Below are positions 17,427 to 27,984 of a stretch of DNA of 64,000 nt, piece after piece. Source of the stretch: Myxococcota bacterium (lineage in GTDB: Bacteria; Myxococcota_A; Bradymonadia; UBA7976; UBA1532); contig JAYZEG010000010.1 in the NCBI GenBank assembly GCA_036337435.1, forward strand, positions 52,493 through 116,492, given 5' to 3'. A program made the position numbers and the translations under genes. Under the pieces are notes generated by a model. The model saw only the letters and a program-made list of their open reading frames with translations, did no database searches and was not told the DNA's origin. Every line of letters starts with the position of its first letter. Position 1 is the first letter of the stretch.

Positions 17427-18500
17427 TCAGTCACCACGAATCCAAGGATCGCTCCAATCCATTCGGTCAACGATGCTGATGTCACTCAGTGCGAGAAGAA
17501 AAGCCTCGAGATCATCCAGTTCGGAGTCGGTCAAATGAAGCGGGCGTATGCGGGGATCTTTATACGGGTTCGTCCGGCCGTCTCCCACGAAGGGTCCGGA
17601 CGTAATCAGTCGACCCCCCGCATTGTAATGCTCGAGAACGTCTCGCAGGGTGGCACCGGTTCCGTCGTGATAGTAGGGCTTTGTGAGCGCAAGATGCCGA
17701 AGTGTCGGTACCCGAAAGCGGCCGATATCTGAAGGCTGCCCCGTCAGCTCATAAAGTCCTTGTCGAGAGCTCGGGTAAGTCCCGGTCTCCAGAGAATATA
17801 GACCGGTATTGAACCAGCCATGCCGACCATCCATGGGCTGGTCAAAATCGGCACCACCGTGGCAGCTGGAACAAAGGGTCCGACGTGAATAAAAGAGTGC
17901 CTCTCCACGCTTTACGACCTCATCGATGGCTGTTTCATCGCCGGCTAGAAAACGATCGTAGGGGGCATCGTAAGTCGTGAGAGACGAGACAAACGCCGCG
18001 ATTGATAGGGCCAACAAGTCGAGGTCCAAGGCTGTGGCACCAGCGGCCACCAGTAACTGTTGGTATCGATGATCACCATTGAGCTCATCGAGCATGTCGT
18101 CGATTGATTCGGCGGCCCCCATTTCGATGGGCTCGGTCCCCAACAAGGGCACCAAAAGTTGCTGAGCCAGCGAAACAGGACTTGGGTCGACCCAACTGAG
18201 CGTTCTACGTTCGCTCACGTTGAGTAAGGTCAATGTGTTTCGCGGGTGTATGGCACCCGTTGTCCCGACAGCACGAACAAAACCATCCGTGAATCCTTTG
18301 GCCTGTTCGTGACAGATGCCGCAAGAGCGGTCATTGTTGAAGGACAAGCGACGCTCGTAGAACAGATGGCGTCCGAGCTCCACGAGGGGCGAAGATGTCT
18401 GGTCTCTGGCCTGTTCAGCTTGGGTGTGACATCCGGAGGACAATGAATAGAGCAGCAGAGCGCCCAAGCCAATTGCTGAGTTTATCTTCAGCATGGTCAT
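17427..18500 (-). CDS. MbnH-like di-heme enzyme (bCCP/MauG superfamily), paralogue 2
   Basis: CGICH and CSSCH heme motifs, FTDG, FNTGLY, GRFRVPTLR, PYYHDG, HYNAGGR; lipoprotein-like signal. Confidence 0.88.
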   Translation of the reverse strand: MTMLKINSAIGLGALLLYSLSSGCHTQAEQARDQTSSPLVELGRHLFYERRLSFNNDRSCGICHEQAKGFTDGFVRAVGTTGAIHPRNTLTLLNVSERRTLSWVDPSPVSLAQQLLVPLLGTEPIEMGAAESIDDMLDELNGDHRYQQLLVAAGATALDLDLLALSIAAFVSSLTTYDAPYDRFLAGDETAIDEVVKRGEALFYSRRTLCSSCHGGADFDQPMDGRHGWFNTGLYSLETGTYPSSRQGLYELTGQPSDIGRFRVPTLRHLALTKPYYHDGTGATLRDVLEHYNAGGRLITSGPFVGDGRTNPYKDPRIRPLHLTDSELDDLEAFLLALSDISIVDRMDWSDPWIRGD

Positions 18501-18519
18501 CTGCGAGACACCGACAAGG

Positions 18520-19119
18520 TTAGTCTAATTTCATAAATGAGAGGTGTACGGGCTCATTGGCGTCGCCGGTAATTCGGACAGTGAATGAACCCCAGGCATG
18601 ATAGAGATGGCGGTGGTCTATGAGCCCTGAGTCGTCGCAAGCACCATTCCAACTCACGCTTTGAACCGGCTCGATATCGCAATTTTCATCCAGAATCACG
18701 AGCGACTCTTGATACCTCAACGAAGTGGCGATCGTGATGGACCACTCGGGAATCTCTAGGGTGAAATAGCCAACGCCAGCGTCGGGCAAACGGACAGATA
18801 ACGCTGTATCCTGGCGTGGAGTAACCACGACTTGGCCCGCAGAATTCGCATCTGCGACGGCGATAATCTCCGTCGGAACAGTGCCTAAAAGAGAGCAGGC
18901 AGCCTGGGCCAGCGCATCGTCGGGGCCAACTGGCAGTTGAGGTCGTCCCAGAGGCTGCCCCTCCTCCACTGGCTCGGACACACCAACCTCTGTTGCAGAC
19001 CCACCAGAGATACAATCATCTCGCTGCCCCCCCGTATTTCGAGAGGACGAGTCGTGGCCGCATGCAATCAGACTGGTGCAGAGAATCGGCAGAGCAAAAA
19101 ACGTACGCAGTGTTGTCAT
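18520..19119 (-). CDS. Hypothetical lipoprotein co-oriented upstream of the MbnH paralogue
   Basis: Lipobox LIAC; His/Trp cluster DHRHLYHAW; 19-nt gap to the next gene. Confidence 0.8.
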   Translation of the reverse strand: MTTLRTFFALPILCTSLIACGHDSSSRNTGGQRDDCISGGSATEVGVSEPVEEGQPLGRPQLPVGPDDALAQAACSLLGTVPTEIIAVADANSAGQVVVTPRQDTALSVRLPDAGVGYFTLEIPEWSITIATSLRYQESLVILDENCDIEPVQSVSWNGACDDSGLIDHRHLYHAWGSFTVRITGDANEPVHLSFMKLD

Positions 19120-19228
19120 GCGGGGACCACTTTCAATTGAATTGACTTATTTCGGAGCGAAGGGGGTCTTTGGATACCTTGCACACGTTTGTCCCCGTCA
19201 GTTACACTTAACATAGATGCATGTCGCT

Positions 19229-19256
19229 CTGACAAGGTTGAAAGCAACTTTATCAG
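19229..19256. promoter_or_regulatory. Imperfect palindrome, candidate operator in the divergent region
   Basis: CTGACAAGGTTG-AAAG-CAACTTTATCAG, 10 of 12 arm positions complementary, midway between the divergent starts. Confidence 0.45.
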
Positions 19257-19361
19257 GCTAGACATTATCTTCTTGTAGCCGAGATCAGTTGGCGAGGGTG
19301 TTTGAGGTGCCGTAATTTGGCTCACCGGGACAGAAGCTGCGACCGAAGCGTGAGGAAAAAA

Positions 19362-20216
19362 ATGACCGTGCAACATTCAGGTCGACGTCGTCATCCGGGC
19401 TCTTTTCTGAACCGAGTCATTGGGTGTGTGGCTGTGATTGCGTCCTGCTTCGTATTCGGCTGTGGCTCGCCAGATGCCAGTACAGAAGAACGCGTAGCAG
19501 TCGAAATCGCATTCTCTGTGAACGCGGGCGGTGCACCATTTCAATGCGGTCAAGCCGTAGCTGACCTGGGCACGGAACGGACAACAGTCGCGATGACAGA
19601 CATGCGTTTCTATGTCCATGACATCGCTTTCATTGACGAAGATGGTCGCGCCCAACCAATCAGACTGAACGACGACGGCATTTGGCAGAAAGACGGCGTT
19701 GCACTACTCGACTTCGAAGATGGGTGTGCGAACGGAACAACGCAAATGAATAGCCGAATCAGGGGCACGACCACAGACGGCCCGTATACCGGCCTACGCT
19801 TTCGTATCGGTATCCCAAACCAGCTCAACTCACCACAAACGGTTCTGGAGAACCGGGGCAGTCCACTCAATCAGGCGTCTTTATTCTGGTCGTGGCGTTC
19901 CGGCTACAAGTTCATGCGAATCGATGCAGACAGCAATGCATTTCGGTTTCACCTCGGGTCTGTTGGATGTGATGACGACTTCAATTGCCAATTTGAGAAT
20001 ATTCCAACGATCTTGCTCAGTGACTTTACTTGGCAAACTCAAACCGTGACCTTGGATCTCGACGACCTACTCGAGGGAACAAACCTGAGTGAAAACACGA
20101 CGGGTACGGCGCCGGGCTGCATGGGCGACCCAGACGATCCAGAATGCAGCTCGATTTTCGCACGTCTGGGACTCAGCTCAACCGAGGCTACGGCCTTTTC
20201 TGTACGGGATAATTAG
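19362..20216 (+). CDS. mbnP: MbnP-family copper-binding protein (metallo-mystery pair four-Cys protein)
   Basis: DMRFYVHD, WQ..GVALLDFEDGC, GLRFRIGIP, WxW motif FWSWRSGYKF, FHLGSVGC, GCM...DPEC; lipobox FGC; directly upstream of MbnH. Confidence 0.88.
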   Translation: MTVQHSGRRRHPGSFLNRVIGCVAVIASCFVFGCGSPDASTEERVAVEIAFSVNAGGAPFQCGQAVADLGTERTTVAMTDMRFYVHDIAFIDEDGRAQPIRLNDDGIWQKDGVALLDFEDGCANGTTQMNSRIRGTTTDGPYTGLRFRIGIPNQLNSPQTVLENRGSPLNQASLFWSWRSGYKFMRIDADSNAFRFHLGSVGCDDDFNCQFENIPTILLSDFTWQTQTVTLDLDDLLEGTNLSENTTGTAPGCMGDPDDPECSSIFARLGLSSTEATAFSVRDN

Positions 20217-20227
20217 GTCATTTAAGA

Positions 20228-21418
20228 ATGGGAAATCAGACCGAACGGAACACAAATGCGACAAGCGGGTTTATCCTGCGCTGGTTGCTCATGGTCTGCT
20301 CATTTCCAGCTATGGTGAGTTGTGGCGATAGTGGTATCGATGCGTCCGAGACCCCGTTTACGCTTCAAATCCCGGAGCATTTCCCAACCGCTCCAGTCCC
20401 TGAAGACAACCTGCCCACTGCAGCGAAATTAGAGCTGGGACGCTTCCTTTTCTACGATCCCCTTCTCTCGTTTAACGAGTCGTATTCATGCGCGACATGC
20501 CATCAGCAAGCACTTGCCTTTACAGACGGCCGACCGGTTGCAGTGGGCGCATCGGACCAAAGCCACAGTGTCGGATCGATGTCGCTGGCCAATGTCGGCT
20601 ATGCTGCGACCCTTGGATGGGGCAATCCAACTTTGACATCCTTAGAGGCTCAAGCTCTGGTCCCCATGTTTAACGAAGACCCCGTCGAATTGGGACTCAG
20701 CGCACTCACCGAGCAAGACCTCTTGGATAGACTACAGGCTGAAGACCGCTATCAACGGTTATTTCCGGCTGCTTTTCCGGCAGATGACGAACCGTTTACG
20801 GTGGGCAATATCGCCAAGGCCATCGCCACCTTCGAGCGCACTATAATCAGTGCCAATTCCCCCTACGACCGCTACATGAAAGGGGATCGAAGTGCCCTGG
20901 ATGCGTCAGCGATTCGAGGCATGAACCTCTTTTTTTCAGAACGCTTGGAATGCTTTCATTGTCACGGAGGCTTTGCAATGAGTGATTCCGTGAAAAGCCC
21001 CGACTTCCCGTTTACCGAACGGCCGTTTCACAATAATGGCATGTACAATCTCGGCGGGTCTGGCCAATACCCCAGCAATCAGGGTGTCTATGAGCTCACT
21101 CGTGAACGGCAAGACTTAGGCCGATTCAAAGCACCAACGTTACGTAATATCGCTGTGACAGCCCCTTACTTACACGATGGTTCAATCTCGACTCTCGACG
21201 AATTGATTGATTTGTATGCCGCCGGGGGCCGCCAAATCAGCGATGGACCCCATGCCGGAGACGGAACAGCGCATCCAAATAAGAGTGTTTTTATCGTCGG
21301 CTTTATTCTCAATGATAACGAGAAGCAGGACTTGATGGCGTTCTTGAATTCGCTGACGGATGAGGAATTCCTGAAAAACCCTGAGTTGAGCGACCCATAC
21401 AAGGACACGACAGATTGA
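20228..21418 (+). CDS. mbnH: MbnH-family di-heme enzyme
   Basis: CATCH and CFHCH, AFTDG, LANVGY...WGNP, FHNNGMY, GRFKAPTLRN, PYLHDGS, YAAGGR. Confidence 0.9.
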   Translation: MGNQTERNTNATSGFILRWLLMVCSFPAMVSCGDSGIDASETPFTLQIPEHFPTAPVPEDNLPTAAKLELGRFLFYDPLLSFNESYSCATCHQQALAFTDGRPVAVGASDQSHSVGSMSLANVGYAATLGWGNPTLTSLEAQALVPMFNEDPVELGLSALTEQDLLDRLQAEDRYQRLFPAAFPADDEPFTVGNIAKAIATFERTIISANSPYDRYMKGDRSALDASAIRGMNLFFSERLECFHCHGGFAMSDSVKSPDFPFTERPFHNNGMYNLGGSGQYPSNQGVYELTRERQDLGRFKAPTLRNIAVTAPYLHDGSISTLDELIDLYAAGGRQISDGPHAGDGTAHPNKSVFIVGFILNDNEKQDLMAFLNSLTDEEFLKNPELSDPYKDTTD

Positions 21419-21657
21419 AATATCCCGTCCTTCTGGTCGTGCTTGTCGTCAGCACACTGTCCTGTCGAAATCAAATCGGTCACCCATGCAAAGAAAAAGG
21501 CGACTGTGCACTGGGGCTTTATTGCGACCTGGAACGGGAAATCTGCGATGATCGAGGCAAACTGCTCAAAAAAAAGGCCGAGAAAATCTACGTGTACCCA
21601 ATTCCTCCAAAAACGGCCCCCGCACACCCCAAGGGGATGCCGATTCAGGTGCGATAA
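21415..21657 (+). CDS. Small Cys-rich lipoprotein
   Basis: Lipobox TLSC; CxxxxDCxxGLxC motif; TTG start overlaps the mbnH stop by 4 nt. Confidence 0.65.
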   Translation: MKYPVLLVVLVVSTLSCRNQIGHPCKEKGDCALGLYCDLEREICDDRGKLLKKKAEKIYVYPIPPKTAPAHPKGMPIQVR

Positions 21658-21746
21658 ATGAGTACCAATTTGGCTGAATGGAGAGTCCTCGCGTAACTAA
21701 GTGCAGATGCTCAAACTCTCTCTAACGGAGAAAAGGGAGGGTATGT

Positions 21747-22532
21747 ATGTCAAAATTATTGCTGATGGTCTTTGTCTTTACGGCGGTTGGAGCGCAGGCC
21801 CATAAACCGAGCTTCTCGAACGGTGAATTTAAATCCTTTGACACCGCGTGGCCTATCCAGAACATGGCGACCTCAATCGTTCTCTACCACGACGTGACCT
21901 GTGAATCAGACCAACTTTGGCTCGAATTCAGCTCCGTTGGTGAAGAGGAACTATTCGTTCAGTTAGGTGTTCCCGTGATAGAGCGGCTGACGGACTATCG
22001 CCCGTCTATCGCCATCCTTGCCGCCGGTCTCCCCCCCATAAACGATACCGTCCCTTTTGAAATCCCCGATGGACTCGGTGGCATCGTCTACCATTCGAGC
22101 CAAATCGAAGCACCGACTGACTTCTACGAGCCGTTTTCACAAACTGAATCGTGGATTCTCTTGGAGACGACAAAAATCATAGAGCAAGCCGGAACGGGTT
22201 ATGTTGTCGCCTGGGTTCCAGAAAACACCACGGGAAAACTCTGGGTCGCCATCGGAACGGTTGAAGATTTCAGTGACGTTGAGCCGACCGACTTTTCATC
22301 TTGGCTCGAGCAAACCCAAGAATACCATGAGACGGGGCCCTACTCCGATACGCAGCAGTCAGAAGTGTCCTGCCAGCCTGTGGATGAGATGAACCCTGTA
22401 TCGGCCGCGTCAGCGGGCTGCGCGACAGCGCACGGCCACCCGCAGCAAAGTTCATTCGTCATGTTGGCCGTGCTTGGACTGATCATGCTCCGCGGTCGAC
22501 AAAAGCACCTTCATCGTCGGCAGCGAATTTGA
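21747..22532 (+). CDS. Secreted protein with MYXO-CTERM-like C-terminal anchor
   Basis: Signal peptide ending AQA|H; C-terminal SAGC, linker, TM and basic tail; RBS GGGAGG. Confidence 0.82.
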   Translation: MSKLLLMVFVFTAVGAQAHKPSFSNGEFKSFDTAWPIQNMATSIVLYHDVTCESDQLWLEFSSVGEEELFVQLGVPVIERLTDYRPSIAILAAGLPPINDTVPFEIPDGLGGIVYHSSQIEAPTDFYEPFSQTESWILLETTKIIEQAGTGYVVAWVPENTTGKLWVAIGTVEDFSDVEPTDFSSWLEQTQEYHETGPYSDTQQSEVSCQPVDEMNPVSAASAGCATAHGHPQQSSFVMLAVLGLIMLRGRQKHLHRRQRI

Positions 22533-22565
22533 GTCGTCAGGCTAGACTGAACGCTGGCGATATAC

Positions 22566-24161
22566 CTACCCAAGCACGCTGAAGTCGGCGAAGAGCGCGT
22601 AGATCGCTAAGACACAAACAATGAGGATCGTGCCCACCTTGGACGCATGCGGCCAAGGCGTAATGTCAACGTCACCGCTGTGCACATGCACCCACGACTC
22701 AGCGCGCGGTCGAATGGATGTGATCGCCATCATGAGCACAATTAAGAGCCCAAACACAGCACCGAGAAAGTGAAACTCATGCATACTTGCCACAAGACCA
22801 GAGAAAGCCGGGACAAAGTACCCGAGGGCGATCAAGATAAAGCCCAAGACGAGAGCGACTTTAGCAGCGATAGCTGGGACACGTCGATTCAAAATCCCCA
22901 AAAGGACGACTGAGAAAATGGGGATGAAGTACATGCCATTCATTTTCTGGAGGTAACCAAAAATACTATCCTGGCCGGCGAGTAGCGGTGCCACGCTCAT
23001 TGCGATCAAAGCAACGACCCAGCCAAAGCGTTTGCTCACAACAACAACTCGGTCATCGCTTGCATCTCGATTAATCAATTTCTTGTAGATGCCTAAGCTG
23101 AACAAGGTGGAGACACTGTTGAGAGCCGAGTTGAAGGAACTCAAGATGGCGCCCACCATGACGGCAGCAAAAAAACCAACGAGGGGTTTTGGCAGTGCAT
23201 TGCGGACCAAATGGCCGTATGCATCATCGGCTTTTATAGAGTCGCCATAAAGGTGGAATGCGATCAGACCAGGCAGAACAAGAATCAATGGACCCAGTAG
23301 TTTCAGCCCACCCGCCATCAAAACACCTTTTTGGCCTTCGGCCAGATTGCTCGCACCGAATGTTCGTTGAATGATTTGCTGGTTTGTACACCAATAGAAG
23401 AGATTCAATAGCAATACGCCGGTAAACAAAGTGGAGAATGGCACCGATTGAGATGGCCCACCGATGGAGTTCATTTTCTCCGGGTTGGCCTCCTGCATCA
23501 GAGCCAGTGCTTTGAAAACACCCTCATCACTGATGAGATTTAGTCCGAAGATCGTGATCATGATGCCACCGACCAACAAGCCAAACCCATTTATGGTGTC
23601 AGACACAGCGACTGTTCTCAGACCACCGTATATGGCATACACAGAGCCGATTAAGCCGACCAGCCAAACAGTAAACCAAAGCTGTCCAGAATCGGTCCCA
23701 ATCCCCGTCAACGACTGTAATTCGAGCATGCCATTCAGGCCTTTAGCACCCGTGTATAAGATGATGGGCAAAAGCAGACCGGCATAGGCGATCACGAAGA
23801 TGAAAGTGGTAATGATTCGAGTTTGCTCATCAAATCGAACTTCGAGGAACTGAGGAACCGTCGTAATCCCACTCTTCAAAAAACGCGGCAGGAAGAAGAG
23901 AGCCATCAAAACCAAAGCCACGACAGCGACGACTTCCCACGCCATGACGGAAAAGCCATCCCTAAAAGCGGCTCCATTCAGACCAACCAATTGCTCAGTA
24001 GATAGGTTGGTGAGCATTAACGAGCCAGCAATAAATCCGGCTGTGAGCGTTCGACCACCTAGAAAATAACCAGTAGAGCTACCGTGGTCATCATTTTTTG
24101 TCATGACAAATGTAATGACTGCCACGAGACCTGTGAAAAAGATAAAGGTACCTAGAACCAT
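22566..24161 (-). CDS. Sodium:solute symporter (SSS family, YidK-like)
   Basis: [41 protein letters not shown]. Confidence 0.93.
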   Translation of the reverse strand: MVLGTFIFFTGLVAVITFVMTKNDDHGSSTGYFLGGRTLTAGFIAGSLMLTNLSTEQLVGLNGAAFRDGFSVMAWEVVAVVALVLMALFFLPRFLKSGITTVPQFLEVRFDEQTRIITTFIFVIAYAGLLLPIILYTGAKGLNGMLELQSLTGIGTDSGQLWFTVWLVGLIGSVYAIYGGLRTVAVSDTINGFGLLVGGIMITIFGLNLISDEGVFKALALMQEANPEKMNSIGGPSQSVPFSTLFTGVLLLNLFYWCTNQQIIQRTFGASNLAEGQKGVLMAGGLKLLGPLILVLPGLIAFHLYGDSIKADDAYGHLVRNALPKPLVGFFAAVMVGAILSSFNSALNSVSTLFSLGIYKKLINRDASDDRVVVVSKRFGWVVALIAMSVAPLLAGQDSIFGYLQKMNGMYFIPIFSVVLLGILNRRVPAIAAKVALVLGFILIALGYFVPAFSGLVASMHEFHFLGAVFGLLIVLMMAITSIRPRAESWVHVHSGDVDITPWPHASKVGTILIVCVLAIYALFADFSVLG

Positions 24162-24414
24162 GTTCCTAATCCTTGGATATGCTCGATTTTTGCGACACCC
24201 GCAACGCGAATTGTGGTGATTTTGAGCGGCACCATACCACCAGAAAATCGCTCGTCAACGCCTTTACTGAAATCCACAACGCTGCCGACGGGCAATGGAG
24301 GAATCTGGGCCAAAAAAATAAGCTTCAAGGCTTCTTAGCTTGACCTAGGGACCCAAGCTGTAAACAGTGTGATCCATCACATATTTGACCGACACTTCTC
24401 CCGGGAGACTCTGA

Positions 24415-26583
24415 ATGAAAATCTGGATCGTAACCTGCTTGACTGGACTCATCTACATGGGCTGCGGCCAGGGTGCATCTAGCACCAACCAAGATAACGC
24501 AGATGAAAAAAAGGCCAATCTACCGAGCCGTGTTCAAATTGAACGAACGCTATCAGATAATGGCACTATCGGCCTGGCGGGCTTCGACTCACCTCATCTC
24601 ATTCTCCAAAACCTGATAAGCATTGTGGGTGAGATCAAAGCAAAGGCTGAAAAGACGTCCCCGAACGATGTGCTCGATGCCATAACAAAGATCTCGAGTG
24701 CGGAAGAACGGACCAAGTTCATCGGCTTTGACCCGGCGACGGAAGCCGGTTGGAAATCCATCGGGATTGATCCTGGGCTGGGCCTGTATGTTGTCGGTGA
24801 GAAGACCCTTTTTCAACCGAGAAACCCGTTCATGTTTGGATTCGGATTAGAAAGCCGTGAAAAGTTCCTTAAATTCCTTCATTCGAAAGGGAAACAGACC
24901 CAATTCGTTAAGGGAGAGAACGGTGTTGATACAGTCGTAGCAAACCAAAGGGTCATGGGGCTGCTCGGTCAGCGAGGTGCCTACACCTACTTGCTGCCGC
25001 TCTCGAAAAACACCAAGAATTTGGAGCAGCTCAAAGTTTCATTCAGCAACTTCGTAAAGTCTCCGTCTAAGGATTCAGCTGGCTCGAAAATCCCAGGTCA
25101 AAGCGGGGCAGCGCAGTTCATCGGACTGATAAATTTCGACCCTCTTTTTGACATCATTAAAGAGACCGGACAAGGGCCACAAGCCGACATTGAATTTTAC
25201 AAACAGACGCTCAAGACCTTTGGCATCCGAAACGGCTCCGGGGTGATGGCGGCCCACCTCAAGGTCAAAAAAACAGGCCTAGAGGCCTTACAAAAAGTAT
25301 TCGGGTCATCGACAAAAATGACCGCTGCAAAATTCTACGGAACGAGCGACTGGGCGTTAGTGCGGCTGTCTGTAAACTGGTCGGAATTCTTTCAAGGCGT
25401 ATCCGAACTAATGCCCCCGTCCATGGCCCAACAGCGCATGGTAGTCACCATGGCGCAGACGGCCATCGCAACAAGCATGGGGTTTAGCCAAGAGACGTTC
25501 AGAGAGGCTTTATCTGGGCATATCATGTTCGGTGTGGATCTCGCATCTGTCAAGAGCGACCAGCCTGAGGTTTTATTTTCTGAGACGCGGGCGGTCATCG
25601 CTTTGGAGACCAAAAACGCCAAGGCAGCGAAAGTGTTCACCGATACGGTGATGGCAAAACTGGCGACCCATCCAGACCCCCGATTGATACCCAAAGCCCA
25701 GAGCTTCGGGGACTATGATGGCTACCATTGGCCAGCTGCTCCAGGACGTCCGGCGTTGGCACTTGCCGAGGGTGCCATTCTCATCGGTCCAAATGCGGAC
25801 AGCGTCAAGCAAGCACTTGAGCGGTCCAAAAAAAACAACTTTGCAAGTACCCAATCCGGAGTCTCAATTCAGGCTGATGGCATCATTTTCGGATACCACG
25901 TGTCCTATCATGATGTTCTGAAGATGATTGTTAGAGTCGCGCGCTCGTCAAAAAACCAAAATCAAACCGACCGAGAGGGTATCGCGGCGTTAGCGAAGAT
26001 GGTGAATCAATCAAAAACGTCGGAACCAATCGAGATGTCTTTGAAACTCGACGATGGAATCAAATTTGAGCACGAAGGGGAATTGATCGGGATGAAGTTC
26101 ATATCGGGCATCATTTCAGCCATTGCCATCCCTGCTTTCACAGAACTCCAAAAGAAATCGAAGAGCACCGAAGCAAAGGTGAACCTCCAGCGCTTATCTA
26201 TGGCGCAACGTACGTACTACGAGGCCGACATCGCTGATGCCAGCGGTAAGTTACTGCCACAACAATTTGCAGGCCCATCCAAACTGGTGCCCGGTAACCC
26301 GACCAAGTTCATGTGTAAAGACGGGAAGCCCATCCAGTTCAAGCCGACTCCGGAAACATTTGCGGCTCCTGTTTGGCAGGCGTTGAACTTCGCGATAGAA
26401 GACCCGTTTCGATATGCGTATCAGGTCGAGGTTGACGGAACGGGCACACTGTCCAGATTCACGGTGCGCGCCGTGGGCGATCTCGACTGTGATGGACAAT
26501 TGTCTACCTTTGAACGGTTTGGCAGTATCCAAAAAGGGGGTGCTGTTTCTGTTGGGCGGTCCTCGAAAAATGAGCTCGAATAG
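24415..26583 (+). CDS. Lipoprotein with C-terminal pilin-like domain
   Basis: Lipobox YMGC; last ~165 aa read GIISAIAIPAF...KSKSTEAKVNL...YAY...FTVRAVGDLDCDG..STF, typical of deltaproteobacterial type IV pilin bodies. Confidence 0.8.
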   Translation: MKIWIVTCLTGLIYMGCGQGASSTNQDNADEKKANLPSRVQIERTLSDNGTIGLAGFDSPHLILQNLISIVGEIKAKAEKTSPNDVLDAITKISSAEERTKFIGFDPATEAGWKSIGIDPGLGLYVVGEKTLFQPRNPFMFGFGLESREKFLKFLHSKGKQTQFVKGENGVDTVVANQRVMGLLGQRGAYTYLLPLSKNTKNLEQLKVSFSNFVKSPSKDSAGSKIPGQSGAAQFIGLINFDPLFDIIKETGQGPQADIEFYKQTLKTFGIRNGSGVMAAHLKVKKTGLEALQKVFGSSTKMTAAKFYGTSDWALVRLSVNWSEFFQGVSELMPPSMAQQRMVVTMAQTAIATSMGFSQETFREALSGHIMFGVDLASVKSDQPEVLFSETRAVIALETKNAKAAKVFTDTVMAKLATHPDPRLIPKAQSFGDYDGYHWPAAPGRPALALAEGAILIGPNADSVKQALERSKKNNFASTQSGVSIQADGIIFGYHVSYHDVLKMIVRVARSSKNQNQTDREGIAALAKMVNQSKTSEPIEMSLKLDDGIKFEHEGELIGMKFISGIISAIAIPAFTELQKKSKSTEAKVNLQRLSMAQRTYYEADIADASGKLLPQQFAGPSKLVPGNPTKFMCKDGKPIQFKPTPETFAAPVWQALNFAIEDPFRYAYQVEVDGTGTLSRFTVRAVGDLDCDGQLSTFERFGSIQKGGAVSVGRSSKNELE

Positions 26584-26734
26584 GGGTTGACCACCCACGT
26601 TTTCTCACTGCCGGTGAGTGCTGTTCCCTAAGCCAGTAAGGCTCATAATTCTTGCGATTCTCTTGCGCTCTGGTGCGTTCTCATCCAAGCTCAACCAAAT
26701 AAATCGCTCAAATCCTTAAAACCTGGGGGGGATC

Positions 26735-27433
26735 ATGCCACTTTCTAAGAAGCTTGCCGCGGAATTTTTTGGCACATTTTGGCTCGTGTTTGGCGGGTGC
26801 GGAAGTGCAGTACTCGCAGCCGGATATCCAACTCTCGGAATCGGGTTTGTTGGTGTGTCATTGGCATTCGGCCTGACGGTATTGACCATGGCCTATGCCG
26901 TCGGTCACATTTCAGGCGGGCATTTTAATCCTGCGGTGACCGTCGGTTTATGGGCTGGGGGCCGCCATCCGGCAAAGGAGATTATCCCCTATTGGATCTC
27001 ACAGGTCGTTGGTGCCGTTGCAGCCGCAGCCGTCCTATATGTGATCGCAAGTGGCAAAGCGGGCTTCGATCTCGCAGGTGGTTTTGCATCAAATGGATAC
27101 GGCGAACATTCACCCGACAAATATTCGATGACCGCTGCGCTCATCGCAGAAATTGTTCTCACGATGTTTTTCGTCTTGATCATCTTAGGGTCGACAGACA
27201 GTCGGGCACCTGCGGGCTTCGCACCTATCGCCATTGGTCTCGGTCTGACATTAATCCATCTCATCAGCATTCCTGTCACCAACACATCAGTCAATCCGGC
27301 GCGAAGTACGGGTCCTGCTCTCTTCGTTGGTGATTGGGCCACGTCCCAACTCTGGCTTTTCTGGGTCGCCCCCTTGGTTGGCGCCGCCATTGGTGGGATT
27401 CTCTACAAAGGCTTGTTCGATAAGGCTGAATGA
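26735..27433 (+). CDS. aqpZ: Aquaporin Z
   Basis: [18 protein letters not shown], two NPA boxes (HFNPA, SVNPARS), [10 protein letters not shown]. Confidence 0.97.
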   Translation: MPLSKKLAAEFFGTFWLVFGGCGSAVLAAGYPTLGIGFVGVSLAFGLTVLTMAYAVGHISGGHFNPAVTVGLWAGGRHPAKEIIPYWISQVVGAVAAAAVLYVIASGKAGFDLAGGFASNGYGEHSPDKYSMTAALIAEIVLTMFFVLIILGSTDSRAPAGFAPIAIGLGLTLIHLISIPVTNTSVNPARSTGPALFVGDWATSQLWLFWVAPLVGAAIGGILYKGLFDKAE

Positions 27434-27463
27434 GCCACTAAAGCGTTGTAGCTCATCACTGAT

Positions 27464-27769
27464 TCACTCGACTCGATCGACAACGATACCCCGGTCTTCG
27501 AGGAACCGTTTTGCTTTCGAACACAGCGGCGCATCTGCGATAAGCAAATGACCTTGGAGCGTTCGCCCTACATGAGACGATGCAACGCTAAGGACTTCAA
27601 CAAATGCCTCTGCATCCTTTCTGAGAACCCGAGACTTTCTCTTGATTAAGCGGACACAATTGTCGCCGTATACGTACAGCCCACCTCGACCCTTCAAGCC
27701 AATGTCTTTGAGTTCTAAGTTTGGGTGCTCACCATCGAGGATTATCTGACGTTGTTCTGTTGTAATCAT
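27464..27769 (-). CDS. Hypothetical protein
   Basis: 101-aa ORF with normal composition, ATG start, convergent on aqpZ, candidate sigma-54 promoter upstream. Confidence 0.6.
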   Translation of the reverse strand: MITTEQRQIILDGEHPNLELKDIGLKGRGGLYVYGDNCVRLIKRKSRVLRKDAEAFVEVLSVASSHVGRTLQGHLLIADAPLCSKAKRFLEDRGIVVDRVE

Positions 27770-27837
27770 GGTCTACCCTATTTTGAACATCGGAGATGGT
27801 TTTTCACCAACCATACGGCAAGTTATGATGCATCCCA

Positions 27838-27853
27838 AGCAACATTGGCACCA
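27838..27853 (-). promoter_or_regulatory. Possible sigma-54 promoter
   Basis: Minus strand TGGTGCCAATGTTGCT (GG-N10-GC), about 70 nt upstream of 27769. Confidence 0.45.
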
Positions 27854-27984
27854 CATCAATGGTTGGCTGTCTTCAAAACCTGATGGGCACAATTGGGCTC
27901 AGCGTGGAAGAAATAAATAAAAGTTTAGACCGATTCTAACCGTCAGACGTTTATCTGACCGACGCCACAAGCTGGGGGGACCTT

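Noticed and set aside
17427..21418. Methanobactin biosynthetic cluster
   Set aside because: No mbnA, mbnB, mbnC or TonB receptor is visible; only MbnP/MbnH-family genes
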